64,000 nt of DNA from Myxococcales bacterium (GTDB lineage Bacteria; Myxococcota_A; Polyangia; Polyangiales; DASUME01), in NCBI GenBank assembly GCA_047601445.1, contig JASGJH010000001.1, positions 7,904,001 through 7,968,000 on the forward strand. Direction: 5' to 3'. A program made the translations under genes and the position numbers. Within the stretch, counting starts at the first letter, position 1. Every line of letters begins with the position of its first letter. Below, one piece after another: positions 1-8,256 of the stretch. The notes below the pieces were generated by a model. That model was not told where the DNA came from, ran no database searches, and saw only the letters and a list, made by a program, of their open reading frames with translations.

Positions 1-743
1 TCGGCAAGGCGGGCCCCAAATCGCGGCTTCCAACCGAGCACGCCCACCTCGACCTGACCGAGCAGGCCCGAGGTCGTCACGGTGAGCGCGAGCGCGTCGC
101 TCAACAAGACGTCGCCCGGCTCGAGGTTGACCAGTGACTCCTCGTTATCGATTCAATCTCCGAGTTCGATGACGAGCTCGGTCTCGAGGGCGACTCGGGC
201 GACGAGGGGGGCACTGAGCAAGAGCCGCAGGTCGACCGTGCCGAGTGACGTCTGGAGCGCCAAGGGCCAAACGACGCAGCTCCCCAGATAGCCCGACAGC
301 GGCTCGGGCCGCGCGCGCCCTAAGTCGCTCAATTGAAAGCGGGGCCAGAGTTCGTGGAGGGCGCGGCCCAGCGCGTACGCGAGCACCCCGGACTCCGGCT
401 CCGTGAGTTCACGAACGTGACCGACGCGCCCCTCACCCCCGAGTACCCGATCGACCCAGCGGGCGGCGTCGCTGCTCGGGACCAGGAGGCAGGCCGTTTG
501 CTGGCCGTCCTGGGGAACCCCAACGAATTGGCAGGCCATATCGTCGCCACGCACCCAGCGAGAGAGCTCGCCGGGCTCAATCTGGGTCGGCAGCCCGGGC
601 GCCACGGTCAGGTTTCCCGAGCCCCAAAGGCGCTTTCCGAGTTCCTGGACTGCCGGCTGGCCGAGCAGCCATTCGGGGAAGTGCGCCAGCGAAACGACGC
701 CTTTGTCTTGCTCTCCCGTACTCGCGCTCGCGCTGGCTCCCAC
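1..743 (-). CDS. FliM/SctQ-like C-ring (sorting platform) protein of a flagellar/type III export system; in-frame TGA at 153-155; runs off the window start
   Basis: FliM-like segment WVDRVLGGEG..RELTEPE. Reading through the TGA gives ELVIELGD*IDNEESLVNLEPGDVLL, the SpoA/FliMN_C pattern (ELG-x13-PGDV), and the frame stays open to base 1. Confidence 0.6.
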
Positions 744-792
744 TTTTCTCCTATACTGCCCGGGCCGTGGGACGGGGAGGGGATCTAGTTAC

Positions 793-1947
793 GTGAACGC
801 GCCAGCCTCCTACATCGGGAAGGAGATCGCGGGACAATTCCGCATCATTCAGCGGATCGGCTCGGGCGGCATGGGTGCCGTGTTCAAGGCCGAGCAACCC
901 GAGATGAACCGCTTCGTCGCGGTCAAGATCCTCCACCCAAAGTACGTCTCCCGCCCCGATCTGGTCTCTCGCTTCCGTCGCGAAGCGCGTGCGATGAGTC
1001 ACCTTTCTCATCCCAACACCGCGCGCGTATTCATGTACGGACAGCTCGAGGACAACGCCTGCTACATCGTGATGGAGTACCTGGAGGGCAAGAACCTCGC
1101 GCAGGTCACGCGGGCGGAGGGCATGCTGCAGCCCATACGCGCCTCCAACATCATGGTGCAGGTCTGCGGAGCGCTCGAGGAAGCGCATCGCCAGGGCATC
1201 ATTCATCGCGATCTCAAGCCCGAAAACATCTTCCTGACCACCCAGGGCGGCATCGCGGACTTCCCCAAGGTGCTCGACTTCGGCCTGGCCAAGGTCACCC
1301 AGCGCGAGATGCGTCCAGGCTCCCTGATCTTGACCCAGGAGGGCATGGTCTTCGGTACCCCGGAGTTCATGAGCCCGGAGCAAGCTCGCGGACAGCCGCT
1401 CGACGCGCGTTCGGACATCTACTCGCTGGGCTGCATCCTTTACGAGATGCTCACGGGCAAGCTGCCTTTCGACGCGGCTCAGCCCATGGACTACCTGGCC
1501 CTGCAGATCCGGGGCACCCCGATCCCGCTCGGGCAGCGCATCTCCGGTCTCACTTTCCCGCCTGGCCTCGAGTCGGTGGTCATGAAGACCATCGAGAAGG
1601 ACCCCGCCAAGCGCTACCCGAGCGCGGCGGACTTCGCGATGGCCCTCAAGGGCGTGCTGCAAGGCGACGTGCGGGACGACGCGATGCGCTCGGTGCCTCC
1701 AAGCGACGAGAGTCAGCGTTTTTACCTGGAGGGGCGCGAGGCTGCGGAGCAAGGGCGTAGCAAGATGCCGAGCGTACCGGTTCCGAGCGGTGGCAAGTCC
1801 GCTTCGGCGCGTCCGGCGGCCACGGCGGCGCCTTCGGAGTTGGCCCGTTCGTTCGGCCAGTCCCCCGTGCTGTGGGCGGCACTCGGAGCCGGGGCGATGC
1901 TCGTTTTGGGTGGGCTGATCGTGTTGGCGCTGCTTCTTCTGCGCTGA
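793..1947 (+). CDS. Hanks-type Ser/Thr protein kinase with C-terminal transmembrane helix
   Basis: GSGGMG, VAVK, HRDLKPEN, DFG, GTPEFMSPEQ motifs; GTG at 793 follows a GGGGAGGGG RBS; hydrophobic C-terminus. Confidence 0.93.
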   Translation: MNAPASYIGKEIAGQFRIIQRIGSGGMGAVFKAEQPEMNRFVAVKILHPKYVSRPDLVSRFRREARAMSHLSHPNTARVFMYGQLEDNACYIVMEYLEGKNLAQVTRAEGMLQPIRASNIMVQVCGALEEAHRQGIIHRDLKPENIFLTTQGGIADFPKVLDFGLAKVTQREMRPGSLILTQEGMVFGTPEFMSPEQARGQPLDARSDIYSLGCILYEMLTGKLPFDAAQPMDYLALQIRGTPIPLGQRISGLTFPPGLESVVMKTIEKDPAKRYPSAADFAMALKGVLQGDVRDDAMRSVPPSDESQRFYLEGREAAEQGRSKMPSVPVPSGGKSASARPAATAAPSELARSFGQSPVLWAALGAGAMLVLGGLIVLALLLLR

Positions 1948-2140
1948 TCTTCGCTTTTGTTTCCAGCCAACGGTTGATTTGACGACCTAAGGGCCCTATC
2001 TCCGGGGCACGCGGTTGACGGGCTCGTTTGGCCTTTGCTATACCGCCGCACCTTTCGGCACCGGAGAGCCCCAACGCGGGCCTCGACGCTGGGCAAAAGG
2101 CGGCCTTCGTCGAAACGCGCAGGTCCGCGCGCGAGCAAAC

Positions 2141-3028
2141 ATGATGGACGCTGTACGCGAACGCCAACTGTCCGAAACTGCACGCGATATTCTTTCGCTT
2201 GCCAAGCCTCGTATCACCCTCATGGTGCTGATCACGACGGCCGGTGGTTTGGCCCTGGCCAAGGGAGCCGCGGGCTTCGACCTCACGAAGGCGTTGTTTA
2301 CCCTGTTGGGTACCGCCTTGGTGGTCGGCTCGGCGAACACGCTCAACTGCTGGCTCGAGCGAGACAGCGATCGCCACATGACCCGCACCAAGGGACGTCC
2401 GCTGCCGGCTGGGCGCCTCGCCCCCAACGTTGCCCTGCTGTTCGGTCTGTTCCTCGGCGTGGTGTCCATTCCGCTGCTCACGCTCGGCGTGAACCAGTTG
2501 ACGGGCTTGCTCGCGGCCATCGCGCTGTTCAGCTACGTCCTGGTCTACACCCCCATGAAGCAGAAGAGCCCGGCCGCCTTGCTGGTGGGCTCCGTGCCTG
2601 GCGCGCTGCCGCCGCTCATCGGCTGGACTGCCGTCACCGGGCGCCTGGACTGGGCCGGCCTGGCGTTGTTCGGGGTGCTGTTCTTCTGGCAGCTCCCGCA
2701 CTTCATCGCGATCGCCATCTTCCGTGAGGAGGAATACACGCGGGCAGGCATCAAGGTGCTGCCGGCCGTGCGTGGTCTGCGAGTGGCCAAGGTTCACGCG
2801 GTGGTGCACGCCGTGCTGCTGCTGGCGGCGAGCTTGGTGCTGGTGCCGCTGAAGGTGGCTGGCACGGCCTACTTCGCGGTGGCTTTGGTGCTCGGCGTGG
2901 GGATGGTCGTGATGACCCTGCGCGGCTTCTTGCCGGGCGCAGGGCATCGCTGGGCGCGTCAGGTGTTCGCGGCGTCGCTGGTGTACCTCCCGGTGTTGTT
3001 TGCAGCGCTCGCGCTGGATGCCGTATAG
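2141..3028 (+). CDS. ctaB: Protoheme IX farnesyltransferase (heme o synthase)
   Basis: LAKPRI, ERDSDRHMTRTKGRPLPAGRL, YTPMK, GALPPLIGW, FWQLPHF; multiple TM helices. Confidence 0.95.
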   Translation: MMDAVRERQLSETARDILSLAKPRITLMVLITTAGGLALAKGAAGFDLTKALFTLLGTALVVGSANTLNCWLERDSDRHMTRTKGRPLPAGRLAPNVALLFGLFLGVVSIPLLTLGVNQLTGLLAAIALFSYVLVYTPMKQKSPAALLVGSVPGALPPLIGWTAVTGRLDWAGLALFGVLFFWQLPHFIAIAIFREEEYTRAGIKVLPAVRGLRVAKVHAVVHAVLLLAASLVLVPLKVAGTAYFAVALVLGVGMVVMTLRGFLPGAGHRWARQVFAASLVYLPVLFAALALDAV

Positions 3029-3102
3029 GGCGCGCCGGGCCGCCGCCGGGACGCCGTGTGCTGGCAGGCGGGCACGTATTGGCCGCTGAGGATGGCGTTC
3101 CC

Positions 3103-3712
3103 ATGAAGAAGGTTCGGCTGCTCCTGTGGGCTTTGTTCGCCGTGGCTGGCGTGGGTGCCTTCGCGGCCCACCGCTTGGGCGCGTCGTCCGAAGAGGGAAC
3201 CACCAAGGGCGCGCTCGGGCACGTGCCCTCGTTTTCATTGCTGGATCAGCAGGGGCGTCGGGTTACCGACAGGGACCTCGCAGGGCATGTCTGGGTCGCG
3301 AACTTCGTGTTCACTCGCTGTCCGAGCGTGTGTCCCCTGCTCACGGCCAAGTTCGCTGCGCTGCAAAAGCAGCTCGGGACGCTCCCGGTGCGGTTCGTGT
3401 CGATTCTCGGTCGACCCGGAGTACGACACGCCCCAGGTGCTCTCGGCCTACGCCGCGCGCTTCGAGGCCGATCCCGTGCGCTGGCAGTTCCTCACCGGTC
3501 CGTTGCAGGACATCGAGCGTACCGTGGTGCAGGGCTTCAAGGTCCACCGGGGGGACCCCGAGCCGAGCCCAGCCGATCCGAACCTGGTCGAGATCATGCA
3601 CGGTGAGCATTTCGTCCTGGTGGACGCCCACGGCGATATTCGCGGCTACTACCGCAGTGACAAGGCCGGCCTCAAGGAGCTCGAGAACGACCTGCGCGAG
3701 CTGCTCCAGTAG
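3103..3712 (+). CDS. SCO1/SenC copper chaperone, frameshifted at ~3403-3405 (sequencing error or pseudogene)
   Basis: First frame has FVFTRCPSVCP (CxxxC). Second frame has SVDPEYDTP..WQFLTG..MHGEHFVLVD..IRGYY. Deleting one base restores FVSISVDP. Lies next to ctaB. Confidence 0.88.
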
Positions 3713-3857
3713 CGGCGGGACGAACAGGGCAGCGCGCCGGACGAGTTCGTACGCGTCGACGAAGACGACCCGCTGACGAGGAGGGTACACGCCTCCGGGG
3801 CCAGGCCCTTGGTTGTGGCGGCGCGAGCGGATCCGGCCGGGGGCCGGCCAGGCGCGC

Positions 3858-4688
3858 TCAGCTCGTGCAGGAGTCCTTGGGCAGCTTCTTGATCGCCTTC
3901 AGCTTCTCCTTCGCCTTCTCGACGAGGGGAGAGCTGGTCTGCGTCTTGATCAAGGTGTCCAAGGTGGTCTTGGCGTCGCTGCAGGCCTTGAGGCGGAAGA
4001 AGGCCTCCGCCATGTCGAGCAGCGCTTCGTCCACGGCGTCGCCACCGCGGAAGTTTTCGATGACCTTCCTCAGCTCGCCGAGGGCGGTGGCGGGACGGTT
4101 CTCGATGAGGTAGCTGGCGCCGATCCAGTACTGGGCGTTGTCCGACTGGGCGTCGGTCTTGTAGCGGTCGATGTAGGCGCGGAAGAGCGAGCGGGCCTTG
4201 GCGAAGTCGCGATCACTGTAGGCGCGGTAAGCCGCCGCGTAGTGTTCGTTCTTGTCGCTGGGGATGGCATCCGCCGCGGGCGTGGCCTCGCCTCCCGCGC
4301 TCGCGCCAGCCGCCTTGCTCTCGGTCTGCGTCTTCTTGAGCTCTTCCACCGAGAACTGCAGCTCGGCGATGCGCCCTTCGGCGACCGCCAGCTTGGTGGA
4401 AAGGTCGCTGACCTGCACCGTGACGTCTGCGCTGTTGCGCTGGACGACGGTGGTCGCGCGTTCGATGACGCCCTCGAGCTGGTCGATGCTCTGCTGGGCC
4501 TTGGCTTCCGCTTGCTTCAGCTGCTCGAGCTGCGCGTTCTGCGCAGCTTCGAGCTTCTGCACGCGGGCTTGCTCGGCATCCAAGTCTCGGCGGAGCTGAT
4601 CGCCTTCGCCTGATGAGGTCCAAAGGAAACAGCCGCTGAGCGTGGTGATGAGCCACGCCGAGCAGGCGAGAGAAGCCACGCGTGACAT
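3858..4688 (-). CDS. cpoB: Tol-Pal system TPR protein CpoB/YbgF (lipoprotein)
   Basis: Lipobox LSGC, coiled coil, TPR region DNAQYWIGASY..DEALLDMAEAF; directly downstream of pal. Confidence 0.85.
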   Translation of the reverse strand: MSRVASLACSAWLITTLSGCFLWTSSGEGDQLRRDLDAEQARVQKLEAAQNAQLEQLKQAEAKAQQSIDQLEGVIERATTVVQRNSADVTVQVSDLSTKLAVAEGRIAELQFSVEELKKTQTESKAAGASAGGEATPAADAIPSDKNEHYAAAYRAYSDRDFAKARSLFRAYIDRYKTDAQSDNAQYWIGASYLIENRPATALGELRKVIENFRGGDAVDEALLDMAEAFFRLKACSDAKTTLDTLIKTQTSSPLVEKAKEKLKAIKKLPKDSCTS

Positions 4689-4729
4689 GCGGATGTCGGC
4701 CCTTATCTGCGCTGGAGAGCGCCCTGGCT

Positions 4730-5407
4730 TCACTTCGTGGTGAATTCGACGCGACGGTCCTTGGCCCAGCCGCTCTCGTCGTCGCCACGCGCCATCTCTT
4801 CGCCCATGGACGAAGTGCTGGTCTTGCCCTTCTCCACGCCGAGGCTGCCCATGTACTGCTCCACGGAGCGAGCACGACGATCGCCGAGGGCGAGGTTGTA
4901 CTCTTCGGTGCCGCGCGGATCGGTGTAGCCCGTGACGCGCACGCCGCTCATGCCGCGCTCGCGGATGCAGTTCGCGTTCTTGGCGATCTGGTCGCGGGCG
5001 GAGGGCTCCAGCGTGGCGGAGTCGTAGTCGAAGTAAATGGTCTCGAGCTGGCAGGGGCCGCTCGAGGTGGGCTGCTGCTCGACCGGTTCGCTGCTGACCA
5101 TCTCACAGCGATTGGACACGCAGTTCTGGCCGCCGGGGCAGGGGTGCGACTCGTCGCAGTAGTTCGGGATGGGGTCGCAGGCGCCGGCGTTGCACTGCTG
5201 GCCGGGGCCGCAGTCGGCATCCGAGCGGCACTTTTGGCAGAGCTGGTTGACGCAGAATTCGCCTGCCTTGCAGTCCCCATCCTCCTCGCAGTTCGGGTAC
5301 TTCGGTCCGCAGCCGGACCCGAAGAGTCCTACGCTCAGCACGAAGGCCGCAGCGGCGAGAAGTTGGCTAAAGGAGCCAACGGTCAGGATGTTCGATTGCG
5401 TGGACAT
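4730..5407 (-). CDS. pal: Peptidoglycan-associated lipoprotein Pal (OmpA_C) with Cys-rich N-terminal repeats
   Basis: Lipobox GSGC; IYFDYDS, GYTDPRGTEEYNLALGDRRA, SMGEE, DRRVEF. Confidence 0.9.
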   Translation of the reverse strand: MSTQSNILTVGSFSQLLAAAAFVLSVGLFGSGCGPKYPNCEEDGDCKAGEFCVNQLCQKCRSDADCGPGQQCNAGACDPIPNYCDESHPCPGGQNCVSNRCEMVSSEPVEQQPTSSGPCQLETIYFDYDSATLEPSARDQIAKNANCIRERGMSGVRVTGYTDPRGTEEYNLALGDRRARSVEQYMGSLGVEKGKTSTSSMGEEMARGDDESGWAKDRRVEFTTK

Positions 5408-5631
5408 GTGATCGTTCCTCCCAGCAGGTCGACGCTTCTTACCGCCGTCTGGAAGGGGCGCAAGGGGTCAGACTGCCGGATGCACGTTTTTGCTTGCAAA
5501 AGTGCAGCCGCACGCCCCAGCCGTAGAACACTCAGGAATCCCTGCCTGAGTCACCCTGGATAGGGTAGGTGGGCACCCCTGGCCGGCGTCTGAAGGTTTG
5601 CGGAAACCGCGCCCCGGGGCACACTCGCGGC

Positions 5632-6831
5632 GTGACCGGACTCCCGCTAGCTGCTCGTCTTTCTTCGGTGAAACCCTCGGCCACGGCGAGCTTTTCCCAG
5701 CGGGCCCAGGACCTGCGGGCGCGCGGCGTGGATGTGCTGCCATTCGGGGTCGGGGAACCAGATTTCGCGACTCCCACCCACGTGCTCGAGGCGGCCAAAC
5801 GGGCCCTCGACGACGGGGCCACCCGCTACACGAGCGTGCGCGGAATTCTCTCGCTGCGGGAGGCGATTTGCCGCGACTCGGAGATCCTGAGGGGGGGAAT
5901 TCGGCACCGGCCGGACGAGGTCGTGGTCTCCGTGGGGGCCAAGCACAGTCTGTTCAACCTGTGCTTCGTGCTGCTCGGACCGGGAGACGAAGCGGTGGTG
6001 CCCACGCCCTGTTGGGTGAGCTATCCGGAGCAGTGCACGCTCGCTGGTGCCACCCCGGTCCTGGTGGAAACGCGCGAGGAGGACGGTTTCCGGCTGACTC
6101 CCGCGGCCCTGGAGTCGGCGCTCAGCGAGCGCACGCGCGCGCTGTTCCTGTGCTCACCGTGCAACCCCACCGGGGCTGCGTACACGCGCGAGCAGCTGAG
6201 CGGAATCGCTGAAATCGCGCGGCGTCATCGCTTCTGGATCGTGGTGGACGAGATCTACGGCGGGCTTACTTATGCGGGCTTTCGCCAGCACTCGCTGCTG
6301 GAAGTGGCGCCGGACCTGCGCGACCGCGTGATCGTCGTCGATGGTGTGAGCAAGCGCTTCGCGATGACGGGTTTTCGCATCGGTTGGATGCTCGGGCCCA
6401 AGCACGTGGCGGAGGCCTGCGAGGTGATTCAGAGCCAGACCACCACGAGCCCAGCTGCGGTGGCGCAGCACGCCGCGATCGCGGCGCTCGAGGGGCCGAA
6501 GGAGCCCGTGGAGGCCATGCGTCAGGCCTTCGAGCGGCGCCGCGAGATCGCGGTGCAGGGACTCAATGCCATCCCTGGGCTGCGCTGTCGCGAGCCCGAA
6601 GGAGCGTTCTATGCCTTCTTCGACGTGCGCGCCTATCTGGGCCGCGAGTTGGGCGGACGGCGAATCGACGACGACTGGGCGCTGGCGGAGTACCTGCTGG
6701 AGGAGGCCCACTGTGCCTTCGTGGCCGGCAGTGCCTTCCTGGCGCCGGGCTACCTGCGCATGTCCTACGCGGCCAGCGAGGCCCAGATTCGCGAGGGGCT
6801 GAGCCGGCTCGCGCGGGCGCTCTCGCGCTGA
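5632..6831 (+). CDS. Class I PLP-dependent (aspartate-type) aminotransferase
   Basis: GVGEPDF, GAKHSLFN, SPCNPTG, VDEIY, GVSKRFAMTGFRIG. Start codon uncertain. Confidence 0.92.
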   Translation: MTGLPLAARLSSVKPSATASFSQRAQDLRARGVDVLPFGVGEPDFATPTHVLEAAKRALDDGATRYTSVRGILSLREAICRDSEILRGGIRHRPDEVVVSVGAKHSLFNLCFVLLGPGDEAVVPTPCWVSYPEQCTLAGATPVLVETREEDGFRLTPAALESALSERTRALFLCSPCNPTGAAYTREQLSGIAEIARRHRFWIVVDEIYGGLTYAGFRQHSLLEVAPDLRDRVIVVDGVSKRFAMTGFRIGWMLGPKHVAEACEVIQSQTTTSPAAVAQHAAIAALEGPKEPVEAMRQAFERRREIAVQGLNAIPGLRCREPEGAFYAFFDVRAYLGRELGGRRIDDDWALAEYLLEEAHCAFVAGSAFLAPGYLRMSYAASEAQIREGLSRLARALSR

Positions 6832-6835
6832 ACGT

Positions 6836-8224
6836 TCACTTGGATTCGGACGGGTCCTTGCCGGGGCCTCCGAAGAGTCGGCCGAGGAAGCTCGGGCGCT
6901 TCTCCACGCCGCCTGGCGCGGCCGGAGGCTGCGGCGGGAGCTTGGGCGGTGGCGCCTTCGGCTTGGCAGTGGCGACGACTTCTTCTTCGTCCTCCACCAC
7001 CTCGTCGAGGTCCATCTCGATCTCGAAGTCTTCGTCCGTGGAGGCGGCGGGGTTGGCCTGGCCGCCGGTCACCGAGTCGAACGCGCTGGTGTCGAACACG
7101 TTCGTGGGGTCGTCGCCAAGCTCGTCTTCGACGGGCAATTTGCCGGCATTTCGCACGGCGGCACTGGCTGCCAGGTCCTTGGGCACGCGAGGGGCGCCGA
7201 GGTCGCGCAGCAGGTCGTCGACGCTGTCTTGATCGGGATCGCTCATGGGGCCAGCGGGCACACTGCTGGGGCTGCTGGCCTCGTCGAACAGCGCGTCGAA
7301 CTCGGCGTCCGGGTCGCGCTCGCGATGGCCCGAAGGGGGCGGCATGCTCGGCTCGAGCTCATCGCTGAGTCCACCGAACGTGGCGGAAGTGAGCGGTGCT
7401 GCAGGCGTGCTCTCGGGACCGCTGGCGGCGGCGTCGAACAACGCGAGCACGGCGTCGGTCTCCTCGTCGTCGTCGGTCACCGCAGGAGCGGGGGGCTTGA
7501 TCGAGGGCTTCGTCGCGGCTTTGGCGGCGGGCTTCTCGGACTTGGCCGGCTTTTCGGACTTGGCGGGTCTTTCGGACCTGGCCGGCTTTTCGGACTTGGC
7601 GGGCCTCTCGGACTTGGCCGGCGTCGCAGGCAACACGCTCTTGGGCTTTCCCAGGCTGGTCTTGCTGGTGCTCGCGTCGGCGCCCGAGAGCGCGGCAAAC
7701 TCGGCTTCGAAGTCCGCGTCGGTGTCTTCGTCTAGGCTCGAATCGGGCGAAGGCGGATCCAGGGCGAAGGATCCGCTGCGCGGAGACGGCTCGTCGAGCG
7801 AGAGCTCTCCCGAGTGCGGGGCTGCTTGCTGCTGTACGGGCTCCGGCAGCACGATCTCTTCACTCCGCGGTGGCGCACCACGTGGTGGCGCTGCGGAAGC
7901 AGCAGGCGCGGCCGCAGGGGCCTCCGAAGCAGGTGCCACGGCGACGGGCTTGGGCGCTGGAGCTGGAGCGGGCGACTGCGCGACGCTCGCAGGTTCGGGC
8001 TGTGCCGGGCTCACGAGCTGTGGCTTCGGTTTGCTTGGGAGCGCGACCCTGGGTGCTGGCTCACGACGCAGCGGAACGGCGTTGCCGAGGTCTGCCAACA
8101 GTCTATCGACGTCTGTCAGCGAGCGCATGTCGCCGACGAGGATGCGCGCGAGCTGGAGCGCGTCGGCTCGCACCTTGCCGAGCGCGGCGAGCTGCGCGTC
8201 CAAGTCCGTAAAATCAAACCCCAT
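6836..8224 (-). CDS. Hypothetical acidic, Pro/Ala-rich disordered protein with C-terminal amphipathic helix
   Basis: ATG MGFDFTDLD lies ~30 nt after the sctV stop; PAKSEK repeats; ends VEKRPSFLGRLFGGPGKDPSESK. Confidence 0.7.
   Translation of the reverse strand: MGFDFTDLDAQLAALGKVRADALQLARILVGDMRSLTDVDRLLADLGNAVPLRREPAPRVALPSKPKPQLVSPAQPEPASVAQSPAPAPAPKPVAVAPASEAPAAAPAASAAPPRGAPPRSEEIVLPEPVQQQAAPHSGELSLDEPSPRSGSFALDPPSPDSSLDEDTDADFEAEFAALSGADASTSKTSLGKPKSVLPATPAKSERPAKSEKPARSERPAKSEKPAKSEKPAAKAATKPSIKPPAPAVTDDDEETDAVLALFDAAASGPESTPAAPLTSATFGGLSDELEPSMPPPSGHRERDPDAEFDALFDEASSPSSVPAGPMSDPDQDSVDDLLRDLGAPRVPKDLAASAAVRNAGKLPVEDELGDDPTNVFDTSAFDSVTGGQANPAASTDEDFEIEMDLDEVVEDEEEVVATAKPKAPPPKLPPQPPAAPGGVEKRPSFLGRLFGGPGKDPSESK
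7530..7622. repeat. Degenerate 18-bp coding tandem repeat, ~5 copies (PAKSE[K/R])
   Basis: GGCTTTTCGGACTTGGC[C/G]-like units are visible in tandem. Confidence 0.85.
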
Positions 8225-8256
8225 GTGCGTATTGGGACACACCGCAGGGGGTTCGA

